A stretch of 64,000 nucleotides of DNA. It comes from Candidatus Altimarinota bacterium (GTDB taxonomy: Bacteria > Patescibacteriota > Gracilibacteria > UBA1369 > GCA-2718715). The stretch is from contig JBESAV010000001.1 in assembly GCA_041242255.1 (NCBI GenBank), positions 928,001 to 992,000 of the forward strand, written 5' to 3'. Both the position numbers and the translations under genes were made by a program. Shown here one piece after another: positions 1-10,133 of this stretch. Every line of letters starts with the position of its first letter. The stretch's first letter is position 1. The notes under the pieces are model-generated. The model searched no databases. It saw only the letters and a list, made by a program, of their open reading frames with translations, and was not told the DNA's origin.

Positions 1-577
1 ACTCAACAGCAGGAAAAGCCTCCACTGAATCAGTTCCAGTTCTTCGTACAGGAGTTTTTGGTTTGTTTTCATTTCTTCTCATAAATTCAGACCATATTGA
101 ACTTGAAGCTCTTCTAGCTCTTCGAGGAGCTGATCTATCAACTCTTCTAGTTCCGACTACAGTACCAGATTTAGCATCATAACTATCTTTATCAGCACTA
201 CTATATAAACCTTCTTGTGTAGTATAATAAACAGCATCATCCGCTTCACTTATTACTGTTGTCCCGGCATTACCACTCAATGCTGCTTGTTGAGCAATCT
301 CTCTTAATTCATTTAATCTAGAGGCACGCTCTTTCTTTTTTTCTATCTTCTCAAAGTATTCATTTCTAATAGCGATATTTTCATCACTCAAATCAGCTAA
401 TACACTATCTACTTTTTTACTAAAAGCACCTCTAAGACTATTCACTAAACTAGAAGCTTTCTCAGAAACTCTCTCAAATAGACCTTTCTTCTCCTCTACG
501 GTATCTACACTCCCTTGAAGGTTCTCTTGTTCATTATCAACTGAACCAAGTCCTAACAAATTTTTAAATAATCCCAT
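1..577 (-). CDS. Hypothetical protein, N-terminal part (runs off the left edge)
   Basis: ATG at 577 opens MGLFKNLLGLGSVDNEQENLQGSVDTVEEKKGLFERVSEK... with no stop before position 1; consensus promoter upstream. Confidence 0.75.
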   Translation of the reverse strand, partial: MGLFKNLLGLGSVDNEQENLQGSVDTVEEKKGLFERVSEKASSLVNSLRGAFSKKVDSVLADLSDENIAIRNEYFEKIEKKKERASRLNELREIAQQAALSGNAGTTVISEADDAVYYTTQEGLYSSADKDSYDAKSGTVVGTRRVDRSAPRRARRASSSIWSEFMRRNENKPKTPVRRTGTDSVEAFPAVE

Positions 578-602
578 GTTTGTAAGGTTATTGTTGTTCT
601 AG

Positions 603-630
603 ATTCTACCATTGATGAGTAAATTGTCAA
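603..630 (-). promoter_or_regulatory. Sigma70-type promoter TTGACA-N16-TAGAAT
   Basis: Reverse complement reads TTGACA atttactcatcaatgg TAGAAT, about 26 nt before the ATG at 577. Confidence 0.65.
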
Positions 631-704
631 CACGAATACCACTATAAAACCCACAGACATCAATTCTATACTATAATGCGACTGAAATTAGTTAACTTTG
701 GCCT

Positions 705-1433
705 ATGGATAATACAAATCCTAATTCTTCTGTAGAAAATACAACTACAAAGAATCAAAGCACTGAACCTTCCAGTTCACCAATAAAAACTGAAGGTATC
801 AACACAAAAGATATCGATACTGACTCAATCATGAGTTTTATTAAAGAAATCTTTTCAAAATCAATTAAGACATTCCAAGATAGCAAAACTATGACACCTC
901 TTTTATTAGCGGGGTTAGTTAGCTGGATAATTGTTTTAATACCAATGCTAGGATTCTTTAGCTTGAGTCTGATCACATTGCTTTTAACTGCCTCAGCAAT
1001 CGCAAGCATAATTTTTTCATTCTCAGTAGCAAACATTGCTCTTAAATCAGCTAAAGGAGAAGTTGCAAAAATGGAAGATGCAACTAAACCTCTTTCAAGA
1101 ATAGTAGATTACATCATTACTTATATTCAAATCCTAATTCAATTTATAATCAGATTATTCCAACCACCTTTTATTATCCCAGGTTTCAAATACCTAATAG
1201 GATCTGCTCTTTTCCTTATGGAAAACCTAGATAATGACACTCCAAACGACAAAGCAGTTAAAAAGAGTTTGGAACTGACAAAAGGAAACGTACTAAACAT
1301 TTTCTGTCTTGGAATTGCAATAGCTTTACTTTCAATCGTTCTTGGACTTATACCATTTGCAATTGGAACAATCTTTACAACACCATTCGGAGCCCTATGT
1401 CTAGCTCACGTTTACTTAAAATTAAAAAAATAA
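705..1433 (+). CDS. Integral membrane protein (DUF975/YciC-like 4-5 TM family)
   Basis: Several hydrophobic helices; 'AVKKSLELTKGN' motif typical of the family; paralogous to the next ORF. Confidence 0.6.
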   Translation: MDNTNPNSSVENTTTKNQSTEPSSSPIKTEGINTKDIDTDSIMSFIKEIFSKSIKTFQDSKTMTPLLLAGLVSWIIVLIPMLGFFSLSLITLLLTASAIASIIFSFSVANIALKSAKGEVAKMEDATKPLSRIVDYIITYIQILIQFIIRLFQPPFIIPGFKYLIGSALFLMENLDNDTPNDKAVKKSLELTKGNVLNIFCLGIAIALLSIVLGLIPFAIGTIFTTPFGALCLAHVYLKLKK

Positions 1434-1451
1434 ACATTTAACAATATAAAA

Positions 1452-2360
1452 ATGCACACTTTCAATTTTAGTGAAGCAATCTCTGGAGGACTTAAAGCCT
1501 TTGGTAAAAAAGCTCTTCCACTTATACTTATCACCTTAGTAGGAGGAATCCTTTCAGTAGGAGTACAATTCCTATTCATGGGAGGTTCAATGATGCAATC
1601 ATCAATGCAGGGATCTGAAAGCAGATATGCTAATGAAGTAGAATCAAGCTTCGGAAACCTAATGAACGTTATCGAAAACGCTGAGAATTATGACAACGAA
1701 GAAGAAATGTCTAGAGACATAGCAGAATCATTTGGAATGAACTACGACGATGTAATGGAAATTACAGAAGATGGTGAAGTTTCAAACATGGAAGCTTTAA
1801 GCGTTTACAATAGCTCTACCATGAATCCTTTCGGAGAAGTTAGCTTTGGTAAACTCGCTCTAGGATTCTTACTATCAGTAATTATTGGTGCAATATTCGG
1901 AATCGCTCTAGCAACAGCTGCTCTTGATGCAGTATTCGACAGAAAATTTGCAGTAGAAAACATTACTAAAAACTTCTCAAGGCTTCCTAGTCTAATACTA
2001 TTTGCAATCCTTATGGGACTACTTTCACTGATTAACATTATCCCATTACTTGGATTTATCATTTACATGGTAGTTTACTATATGGTTATACAAGCACCAT
2101 TTGTAATCCTTGAAGAAAAAAAAGGTGCAATTGATGCAATCAAAAGATCAAACGAACTTATGAAAGGAAACAAACTTAGAATGTTTGGACTAACAATCGT
2201 TATAGCTATCGTTGGTGCTATTTTATCAGTGGTTACTCTAGGTATCGGTATGCTAGTTGTAGCTCCTGCCGTTGCTTGTATTATGGCACACATCTACAAA
2301 CAACTTACTCAAGGACCAGTTGCAACTGCTGCTAAAAAAGTAAAAGAAGCCGTTAGCTAA
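1452..2360 (+). CDS. Integral membrane protein (DUF975/YciC-like) with an acidic inserted loop
   Basis: 'APFVILEEKKGAIDAIKRSNELMKGNK' motif, multiple TM segments, acidic loop after TM1. Confidence 0.65.
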   Translation: MHTFNFSEAISGGLKAFGKKALPLILITLVGGILSVGVQFLFMGGSMMQSSMQGSESRYANEVESSFGNLMNVIENAENYDNEEEMSRDIAESFGMNYDDVMEITEDGEVSNMEALSVYNSSTMNPFGEVSFGKLALGFLLSVIIGAIFGIALATAALDAVFDRKFAVENITKNFSRLPSLILFAILMGLLSLINIIPLLGFIIYMVVYYMVIQAPFVILEEKKGAIDAIKRSNELMKGNKLRMFGLTIVIAIVGAILSVVTLGIGMLVVAPAVACIMAHIYKQLTQGPVATAAKKVKEAVS

Positions 2361-2380
2361 TTCTACTTATCTTGAACTCC

Positions 2381-2411
2381 AACACACCTCAATCTAGAGG
2401 TGTGTTTTTTT
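2381..2411 (+). terminator. Rho-independent terminator
   Basis: AACACACCTC-aatcta-GAGGTGTGTT followed by a T run. Confidence 0.85.
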
Positions 2412-2464
2412 ATATGACAACTTACATTTCACGACACTCACAAAATTTACAGTAAAATGTAAAT

Positions 2465-3640
2465 ATGAAAAATTTTCAAGAAATAGAAAACAGCAAAGTC
2501 ATTCTAAGAGTTGATTACAACGTTCCAGTCAAAGACGGCCAAATCACAGACTTCACTCGTATTCAAAAAAGCATACCAACTATCCAAACCCTTCTATCCA
2601 ACAACAATCAAGTAGTACTCTGCAGCCACTTAGGCAGGCCCAATCTAGATGAACCTCTAGACTCCCCGCATAATTCTAAATTATCTTTTCAAAACTACAT
2701 TTCTCAAATCCAATCAGCTTTAGATACAGAAATAAAGTTCGTAAAAAACTACCCAACCACAGACCTACAACTAGACATCCAAAACCTCCAATCAAACCAA
2801 TTAATTCTCCTAGAAAATACTAGATTCTTTCCAGAAGAAAAATCCAACGACCCCAAATTCTCAAAAAACTTAGCACAATATTTTGATTATTTTGTCTTTG
2901 ACGCATTTGGAACCGCCCACCGCAAACACGCCACAACTTACGGCCTCACCCAACATCTACCATCCTGCTTTGGACAATTAGTTGAAACCGAAATACAAGA
3001 GCTAGACCTCTCCATAAACAACCCCCAAGAACCTCTTATCCTCATCCTTGGTGGAGCCAAAATTAAAACCAAAATAGGAATAATCGAAACCTTCCTTTCA
3101 AAAGCATCTCACATCTGCATAGGTGGAGCTTTAGCCAACACATTCCTATACGCAGTTGGATACGAACTAGGACAATCCCTAGTTGAAAAAGATGAACTAG
3201 ATACAGCCATCAAACTAATAAACAAAGCCAAAAATTCCAAAGCTGAACTTATCCTGCCGATCGACCTAGTCACAAACAACGGTGAAGAAAAAAGCCTCAT
3301 GAACTTCACCAAAAACGATAACGGACTAGACATAGGCCCATTAACCAACGCTAGATTCCTAAATCTCATCAAAAAAGGAAAGACAATCATCTTCAATGGC
3401 CCAATGGGAGTCTACCAAGACAACCTCTACTCAAACGGTACAGAATCAGTCCTCAAAACAATCAGCCAACTAGACCAAATATCCATCTTAGGTGGAGGTG
3501 ACACATTGGATGCCATTAGAAAATTCGCTATTGATCCATCTACATTCACACATGTATCAACTGGAGGCGGAGCAATGCTAAAATACCTAGAAACAGAAGG
3601 GAAACTCCCTGTTCTAGAAGCTATTCAAAATCAGTCCTGA
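2465..3640 (+). CDS. pgk: Phosphoglycerate kinase
   Basis: RVDYNVP, SHLGRP, LLENTRF, DAFGTAHR, GGAK, NGPMG and STGGGA motifs. Confidence 0.97.
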   Translation: MKNFQEIENSKVILRVDYNVPVKDGQITDFTRIQKSIPTIQTLLSNNNQVVLCSHLGRPNLDEPLDSPHNSKLSFQNYISQIQSALDTEIKFVKNYPTTDLQLDIQNLQSNQLILLENTRFFPEEKSNDPKFSKNLAQYFDYFVFDAFGTAHRKHATTYGLTQHLPSCFGQLVETEIQELDLSINNPQEPLILILGGAKIKTKIGIIETFLSKASHICIGGALANTFLYAVGYELGQSLVEKDELDTAIKLINKAKNSKAELILPIDLVTNNGEEKSLMNFTKNDNGLDIGPLTNARFLNLIKKGKTIIFNGPMGVYQDNLYSNGTESVLKTISQLDQISILGGGDTLDAIRKFAIDPSTFTHVSTGGGAMLKYLETEGKLPVLEAIQNQS

Positions 3641-5520
3641 TTCTTCACAAACCTTCCAATCTTCTCTTCAACTTTGCTTTTATCAGTTGTATATCTATCT
3701 CGAACTGCTCTTAGAATTTTTTCAATCTCAGCTTTATTCTCATGCAGCTCAAAAGGCTCCTTACAGTATAAAGTAAATACAGGAGCAACCTCCCCATCTA
3801 CTAGAGTCTTAACCAAAGCCTTAAACTTAGGCATATCAAGTAGATTATCCACATGAACATTTCCACCCAAATATTTTGAAATCAACTCAGCATCTTTCAA
3901 ACCAAGTCTGAAACTCAAAAGCGTTCCCACATTACCAAGCAAAGCTTCTCTTGTAGTTTCTTCCAACTGACTTAAGAACTGATTTGCAACCACAAGTCCT
4001 AAACCATATTTACGAGCTTCAGACAGTAACACTTCAAAAGACGAAGTCGCAAAATTCTGAAACTCATCCACATAAAGATAAAAATCTCTACGATCTTCCA
4101 TCTCAATACTTTGTCTTCGCATAACTTGCAACTGCAAGAAAGTCAGCATCATAGCACCTAGCAAAGTAGCGTTTTCTTCTCCTAGTTGGCCTTTTGGAAG
4201 TTTAATCAAAACAACTTTACCTTTGTTCATCATCCAAAAGAAATCCACCTTAGACTTAACCTGCCCAAGAATATTCCTTATGTAAGAAACCGACATAAAC
4301 TGACCAATCTTATTCAAAATCGGAGCAACATATTCTTTCTTAGCTCTATTATCTAATTTACCGAACTCCTCATCCCAAAACTTCCTAACCACAGGATCTT
4401 TAACTTGTTTCACAATCTGTCCACGATAAGCATCTTCAACCAAAAACCTTTGAAGACTAAGCAGAGTCTGCCCCTGCACCTCAACTAAAGCCATCAAAGC
4501 ATTTCTCATTATGTACTCCATCCGTGGCCCCCAACTATGTCCATAAAGCTTTTTAAACACATCAATCACCCCTGCCACAACTAAATCTTTAGAATCATCC
4601 AATGAATTATCTAAGATATTAAAAGCAAACGGGAAAGTAGAATCAGTAGGATCAAGTATCACCAGATCATTCACACGGTTTCTTGGAAAATTCTTCAAAA
4701 TCTGCTCAACCAGATCCCCATGCGGATCAACCACACAACACCCCTTACCATCCAAAACGTCCTGCATAAACATGTTGTACATCAAAGTAGACTTCCCCAC
4801 CCCGGTTTTACCAAGAATGTACATATGCCTCATCCTATCCTTCTCAGATATCTTCATTGAGGCAACATCACCCAAATAATCAGTTCTAACATTCCCAAGT
4901 TCAAGACCTTTCTCTTTACGGTATTTCATATCATAAAACCACACCTTATCTTCAACTAAACCAAGTTCAGTTTTATCAAACATAGGCCATGGCAATGCAT
5001 TCGACTCAACCAAAACTTCCTTTTCAATCTTTTTAGCTAGTACAAATTTGAAACTAGACTTTTCAAAAGCCACATTCCAGAAACTCTTCAACCATCTCTT
5101 ATTTCTTAAACTAGACCTAAGAACTAATTTGCCTGAGAAAAATGGCTTTTTTAAACTTATCCAAGCACCTACTCGCCCAAACTTAGCCATCATATCTATC
5201 AATGTATTCCAATCACACATTTGTCCTTCCACGTGCTCACCAACCTCAATTTTCCATGAGAGAATATCAGTTGGACTGCTTTCCATTTTGTAATCCATCA
5301 AAAACAAATCATCAAAATTACTCTTAATCAACGACTCAAGCAACGACTTATTCCCAGCAGAAACACCAATAATCACATCTACCTTTCTTTTGTTATTCAG
5401 TTTCAATACATACTCAAAACTCATCCCAGCACCAAGCAGAGTCTTCCACCAATTTTTAACATCATCCGATTCAATATTATAGCCTTTCACAACACCTACT
5501 CGAAGCCAAACTTTTCCCAT
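3631..5520 (-). CDS. VirB4/TraG-TraD/HerA-like P-loop ATPase (CPR type IV secretion-associated family)
   Basis: RHMYILGKTGVGKS (Walker A), VVDPHGDL, YVDEFQNF (Walker B), SEARKYGL, ANQ. Confidence 0.85.
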   Translation of the reverse strand: MGKVWLRVGVVKGYNIESDDVKNWWKTLLGAGMSFEYVLKLNNKRKVDVIIGVSAGNKSLLESLIKSNFDDLFLMDYKMESSPTDILSWKIEVGEHVEGQMCDWNTLIDMMAKFGRVGAWISLKKPFFSGKLVLRSSLRNKRWLKSFWNVAFEKSSFKFVLAKKIEKEVLVESNALPWPMFDKTELGLVEDKVWFYDMKYRKEKGLELGNVRTDYLGDVASMKISEKDRMRHMYILGKTGVGKSTLMYNMFMQDVLDGKGCCVVDPHGDLVEQILKNFPRNRVNDLVILDPTDSTFPFAFNILDNSLDDSKDLVVAGVIDVFKKLYGHSWGPRMEYIMRNALMALVEVQGQTLLSLQRFLVEDAYRGQIVKQVKDPVVRKFWDEEFGKLDNRAKKEYVAPILNKIGQFMSVSYIRNILGQVKSKVDFFWMMNKGKVVLIKLPKGQLGEENATLLGAMMLTFLQLQVMRRQSIEMEDRRDFYLYVDEFQNFATSSFEVLLSEARKYGLGLVVANQFLSQLEETTREALLGNVGTLLSFRLGLKDAELISKYLGGNVHVDNLLDMPKFKALVKTLVDGEVAPVFTLYCKEPFELHENKAEIEKILRAVRDRYTTDKSKVEEKIGRFVKNQD

Positions 5521-5641
5521 CTACATCTATTTATTCTCTATATATTATAACACTTATTCTACTACCATTCAATTTCATAAATTAAAAATCCTTTTAAACA
5601 AGACTTCATGAAATGTAAAATCCTATTAGTTAAAACTTCAA

Positions 5642-5923
5642 ATGGAAAAATTCAATTGGGAAACTCTAAAAATTGTTACTAGACAAGGAGATATTAGTTA
5701 CATATCAACTGAACAATACAAGGATCAAAAAATTCGACTAAAAATCGCCAATCAATTCAACTCATTACAAGAATTCTACTGTTTATCCTTAATCTACGAA
5801 AATCCATCCATCTTTATATTTCTTGCCTACGATAACTTAACCGAACAGTACTGCCACCATATCATCCCAAAAGAAAGATCAATATACAAAAAACAAATCT
5901 TAAATTCAATTCACCTAAGCTAA
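5642..5923 (+). CDS. Hypothetical protein (93 aa)
   Basis: ATG ORF after an AT-rich leader with TGTAAAAT; coupled to the next ORF through TAATG. Confidence 0.55.
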   Translation: MEKFNWETLKIVTRQGDISYISTEQYKDQKIRLKIANQFNSLQEFYCLSLIYENPSIFIFLAYDNLTEQYCHHIIPKERSIYKKQILNSIHLS

Positions 5924-6135
5924 TGGAATTTTCTGATATATGGACCAGCAAAGAAATCATCAAAAAAGTCCATCCCGAATTGGGTGAAATGCATGTTGCT
6001 ATAAAAATGATAAAACTTCAAATCTACACATTAACTATCGTTGCAACTAAACACATAAAAACAGACTACATAGACGTAGATTATTTCATGATAGAACTAG
6101 ACCATGTCACCCACTTAGAGTTTGAAACAAACTAA
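5923..6135 (+). CDS. Hypothetical protein (70 aa)
   Basis: TAATG overlap with the upstream ORF; fills the gap to the convergent ATPase gene. Confidence 0.5.
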   Translation: MEFSDIWTSKEIIKKVHPELGEMHVAIKMIKLQIYTLTIVATKHIKTDYIDVDYFMIELDHVTHLEFETN

Positions 6136-8660
6136 AAATCGAACCCAATTCTAAATCCAATCTCTTTCTCAACAAATTCTCTTTTACGACCATAACGCAA
6201 TTTCGCAATCTGCTTAATCTTAGCAGCCAATTCTTCATTTGCTCTAGAAGTATCATACAAGGTCTGCAATGAGAAAGGTCTTGAAGTTGTATTGTTTATA
6301 TTCAATTTCAAGTAAGCCTTGTAGTTAGCAATATTTATCACATCTTGCTCACTCAAAACAGGAGCATACTCTTTTGCAAGATACTCAGCATCCTCAGCAC
6401 CAACCTTGAAAGACATCATCGATCCCACATTACCAAACACGGCATCTTTGATGGCACTACTCGTATTTCCAAATTTAGAAACCGTCAACTGATTGATATA
6501 CTGATGGGCCATGATCAAATTCAAACGATACTTCCTTGCCTCAGACAAAATAGTCGCAAACGAATCCGTAGCAAAATTCTGAAACTCATCCACATATAGA
6601 TAGAAATCCTTCCTTTGATCTTTAGGCATATCCGCCCTACTCATAGCCGCCATCTGAATCTGCGCCACAATAATCAACCCTAAAAGCTGCGTGTTCAGAT
6701 CACCAATCTTACCTTTAGATAAATTAATCAAAAGAATCTTTTGATTATCCATTATCTCACGAACATTGAACCCAGACTTAGCCTGCCCAATAGTATTACG
6801 CATTATAGAATTCGTAATAAACGGACCAAATTTACTCGAGAAGTAAGGAATCATTTCCTGCCTTTCCCTCTCACCCGTATTCGCATATTCATGTTCCCAG
6901 AAAGACTTCACTACAGGATTTTTAATCTTCTTGATTTTAGATTTCAGGAAAGCCTCATCCGTAAATATCCTTGGCACATCAATAAGCGTCGCCCCATCTT
7001 CTGGACTTTCCATCAGAGTCAAACAAGCATTCCTAAAGTAATGCTGAATCCTCGGACCAAAAATCTCATCTCCAAACAACTTAATGAAAATCTCAGTAGC
7101 CTGTGAAGAAGCCATATCCATCTGTGTTGGATCAGTTGCCTCCAAGATATTTAGTCCAACTGGTCTTGTCTGATCAGCTGGATCAAAGAGAACTACATCT
7201 TTTGCTCTCTCTTTTGGAACATAAGTCAAAACATCTTCAATCAAATCCCCATGAGGATCAATCACACATACTCCATCTCCATTCCACACATCCTGACGAG
7301 CCATAAAAGTCAAAAACACCGATTTACCTGCACCAGATTTCCCGATTATATAGAAATGCCTCGTACGATCATCTCTCAACATATGAACTTTTGTCTTATC
7401 CCCACGGTAGATATTATCCCCAAGGTAAAGCCCCTCTTTTGGAGTATCAGGCGGAGCTGGAAGAACTTTATATTTAAGCCATTTTATCGAGGGAGTAAAA
7501 TTATAAATACTATCCGGGAAATGAATCACATTGGCCAACTCATCCGGCACAAGCAAAGACTCTTTCTCCCCAAACTTGAAAAACTTATTCACATAACTAT
7601 TCACCATCAACTTATTATTGATGAAATCCAAAGGAACAATCCTTCTCATCTGAAACCAATTCGAATTAGCCGCTTTCAAGGAGTTAAATGCAACAAAAAT
7701 ACTATTCAAAATCTGCACAGTTCGATCCTTAGTAGGAGTCGTCGCAAAAATCCTTATCACAGTATTGAAACCAACCTGAGCCGCCTTCGTACCCACACTC
7801 TTCGCCAACTCCTCGTCAGTCTGAAGCATCCTTACATACGAGTCACCTGATGAAGCTCCAGGAGCATTTGTATCAACAGGCTTCACTTTGTCAGGACCAA
7901 AAATCAATCCAACAAAGATACTATTCAAATATCCAAGAATGGGGATTTTCCTCATGAAACCACCCATTGGCTTCTTACCTTTAAACAACTGGTTACCAAA
8001 AGCATTTGCTTCATTTTGCCAACGATTCGAAGCAGGTTGAATAGACATATGAATCGAAGCAGTTTCATCCTCCTTCAGCTTTGACAAAGCATTGGTTATA
8101 ACGTTCAAAGGATCATTCTCAATCTCTTTATACATCTTGATTGGGTACCAATTTGTCTTATTTAAATAAGCAAAATACCCTCTTGTATGATAACCCTTCT
8201 TTCTCATATCTTTTGGTTCATACACATCAATCGAAGCTGATGGATAATAAGAAGTTATCTGCTTCTCCAATAAATCTTGATATTCCTTATAAGTACAAAC
8301 TCTAAACTCAATCAAAGAATTCTCACAATAAATCTCAAAATGCAAAGTATCCAATTGAAACAACCAAACTCTAATCCTATTCCCCAAATTCAACTCAGAC
8401 ACCTCGTGCAAAGACCTAAAGAATTGAGACATTATCCCAATTTTCTCCTTAAAATCCTTCTCAACTTCTTCCTGCCTATCTTTCTGAGAGTCATTTCTAG
8501 GAAGCTCAATCTTCAAGTAAACTAGATCCTTGGTAGAAGTCTTCTCCATCACATGATGCAAAACCCACCTCAACACTTTCAAAGCATAGAAGAAACCTAT
8601 CCCAAACAAAATCAGTAAAACCCATTGATTTGTAAGTATTGCTCGCAAAGTATCCATCAA
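6132..8660 (-). CDS. Membrane-anchored VirB4/TraG-TraD-like ATPase (CPR type IV secretion-associated family)
   Basis: N-terminal TM helix; RHFYIIGKSGAGKS, VIDPHGDL, YVDEFQNF, SEARKYRL, AHQY. Confidence 0.88.
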   Translation of the reverse strand: MMDTLRAILTNQWVLLILFGIGFFYALKVLRWVLHHVMEKTSTKDLVYLKIELPRNDSQKDRQEEVEKDFKEKIGIMSQFFRSLHEVSELNLGNRIRVWLFQLDTLHFEIYCENSLIEFRVCTYKEYQDLLEKQITSYYPSASIDVYEPKDMRKKGYHTRGYFAYLNKTNWYPIKMYKEIENDPLNVITNALSKLKEDETASIHMSIQPASNRWQNEANAFGNQLFKGKKPMGGFMRKIPILGYLNSIFVGLIFGPDKVKPVDTNAPGASSGDSYVRMLQTDEELAKSVGTKAAQVGFNTVIRIFATTPTKDRTVQILNSIFVAFNSLKAANSNWFQMRRIVPLDFINNKLMVNSYVNKFFKFGEKESLLVPDELANVIHFPDSIYNFTPSIKWLKYKVLPAPPDTPKEGLYLGDNIYRGDKTKVHMLRDDRTRHFYIIGKSGAGKSVFLTFMARQDVWNGDGVCVIDPHGDLIEDVLTYVPKERAKDVVLFDPADQTRPVGLNILEATDPTQMDMASSQATEIFIKLFGDEIFGPRIQHYFRNACLTLMESPEDGATLIDVPRIFTDEAFLKSKIKKIKNPVVKSFWEHEYANTGERERQEMIPYFSSKFGPFITNSIMRNTIGQAKSGFNVREIMDNQKILLINLSKGKIGDLNTQLLGLIIVAQIQMAAMSRADMPKDQRKDFYLYVDEFQNFATDSFATILSEARKYRLNLIMAHQYINQLTVSKFGNTSSAIKDAVFGNVGSMMSFKVGAEDAEYLAKEYAPVLSEQDVINIANYKAYLKLNINNTTSRPFSLQTLYDTSRANEELAAKIKQIAKLRYGRKREFVEKEIGFRIGFDF

Positions 8661-8699
8661 ATAATTTTATTCTCTTAATTTTAACACATTATACTGTCT

Positions 8700-8760
8700 T
8701 TCTCTATCTATTCACCTGATTCCCCTTTACAGGCCTGGCAGGATTACCTACAGCTATCTT
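8700..8760 (-). ncRNA. Candidate SRP-RNA domain IV-like hairpin (divergent)
   Basis: Minus strand reads AATCCTGCCAGG-CCT-GTAA-AGG-GGAATCAGGTGAA: GNRA loop and a CAGG internal loop, but GGAA where SRP RNA has AGCA. Confidence 0.3.
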
Positions 8761-8840
8761 TTCAAAAAAATTACTTAACTAGTCAATATTCGACAAAATA
8801 CTACACCCTTGATATATTCCTCACAAACAAACCAACTCAA

Positions 8841-9461
8841 ATGGACTTCTCAAAAATCGTACAAAATCGCCGTGCCTGCCACTATTTCCAACCCGGAGTA
8901 AAAATCCCTCAAAAAGATTGGGAACAAATCTTTCAAGAAACCTCCCTCTCACCTTCCGGCTACAACTTACAACCATGGGAATTCATCCTGATTCAAGAAA
9001 CCAAAAACATCCAAAAAATCTCAGAAATAGCCTACAACCAAAGACATGTGCAAGATGCCTCAGCTATAATAATTGCTCTTGCTGACACCAAAATAGACCG
9101 TCACGCCGACCGCATTACCCAACAATGGCTAGACCACAACTACCTAACCCCAAAGAAAGCTGACAGCTTCAAAGCTTCCCTCACTAAAGAAAGACCTCAA
9201 GAAAAAAACGAAATCATGGCTCTGCGCAGCACATTACTTGCCTGCATGACCCTAATATACTCAGCTGAAAACCTAGGCTACGCCACCTGCCCAATGATGG
9301 GCTTCCGCCAACTCCAAATGAAAAAACATCTAGAAATACCCGACGACAGAAAAATAGCTTTAATGATCGCCATCGGAAAACGAGCCAAAGAACCGCTTCC
9401 AAGATTACCTAGAAAAACCTTTGAGGAATTAATTCACTTAGAGAAGTTTAAAGAGAAATAG
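8841..9461 (+). CDS. Nitroreductase family protein
   Basis: NRRACHYF, SPSGYNLQPWEF, GYATCPMMGF and RLPRK motifs. Confidence 0.92.
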   Translation: MDFSKIVQNRRACHYFQPGVKIPQKDWEQIFQETSLSPSGYNLQPWEFILIQETKNIQKISEIAYNQRHVQDASAIIIALADTKIDRHADRITQQWLDHNYLTPKKADSFKASLTKERPQEKNEIMALRSTLLACMTLIYSAENLGYATCPMMGFRQLQMKKHLEIPDDRKIALMIAIGKRAKEPLPRLPRKTFEELIHLEKFKEK

Positions 9462-10077
9462 TATTATCTCTCAAAACCAGCCCCAGTCTCCCACTAATAT
9501 CCTCCTTTATCGACTTCAAAATCTCTCCTACCTCCAAGCTTCCATCCACTTCCACTACTCTACCGGACTCAAAGCTTTCTTCCATAAACTCCTCATACTC
9601 ATCAAAGTATTGAAGAATGTTATTTCTTCTGAACTCAGCTTTCCAGTTTCTTTCACCGTTTAACCTTTCTAGCAAAGTATCACGATCAACCCTCAAAAAA
9701 TAAACTACATCAGGCAAAAATGGTCTCTCAACATTCATACCAGTAAACCTTTCACTGAAAAACTCATTCGACAAATAACATCTATCCATAAGCATAACTC
9801 TATTTCCAAACAATAAATCAAACTCATACAATTCTTCATTTATTGTTGAAAAAGCCTGACTCCAATCTTCTGATCTAGTCAGCCTATCTTTACTGAACTT
9901 TCTCCAATATTCACTGTAAGGATCATAATAATCAGTGTTCTCAACACCTTTTCCTGATCTACAAGCAGCCCCACGCACAATAACTGGCTCAAGCTTTTGA
10001 GTCTCAAACCAGTCTTTCAGTAATGCCAATTGAGTGCCTTTTCCTGACCTATGCATTCCTTCTAAAGCTACTCTCAT
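9448..10077 (-). CDS. tmk: Thymidylate kinase-like nucleotide monophosphate kinase
   Basis: LEGMHRSGKGTQ P-loop, MDRCYLS (DR motif), PDVVYFLRV, VDGS. Confidence 0.75.
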   Translation of the reverse strand: MRVALEGMHRSGKGTQLALLKDWFETQKLEPVIVRGAACRSGKGVENTDYYDPYSEYWRKFSKDRLTRSEDWSQAFSTINEELYEFDLLFGNRVMLMDRCYLSNEFFSERFTGMNVERPFLPDVVYFLRVDRDTLLERLNGERNWKAEFRRNNILQYFDEYEEFMEESFESGRVVEVDGSLEVGEILKSIKEDISGRLGLVLRDNTISL

Positions 10078-10133
10078 TTTTCAGTTCTTATTATTTACAA
10101 ATCTAATCTACCTAATATAAACCAACATTGAAA

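Noticed and set aside
6345-8525. Long antisense or alternative-frame ORFs in the track (e.g. 7251-7850, 19788-20180, 39336-39740, 57791-58051)
   Set aside because: They lie within or overlap well-supported genes, and codon bias and strand skew explain the lack of stops.
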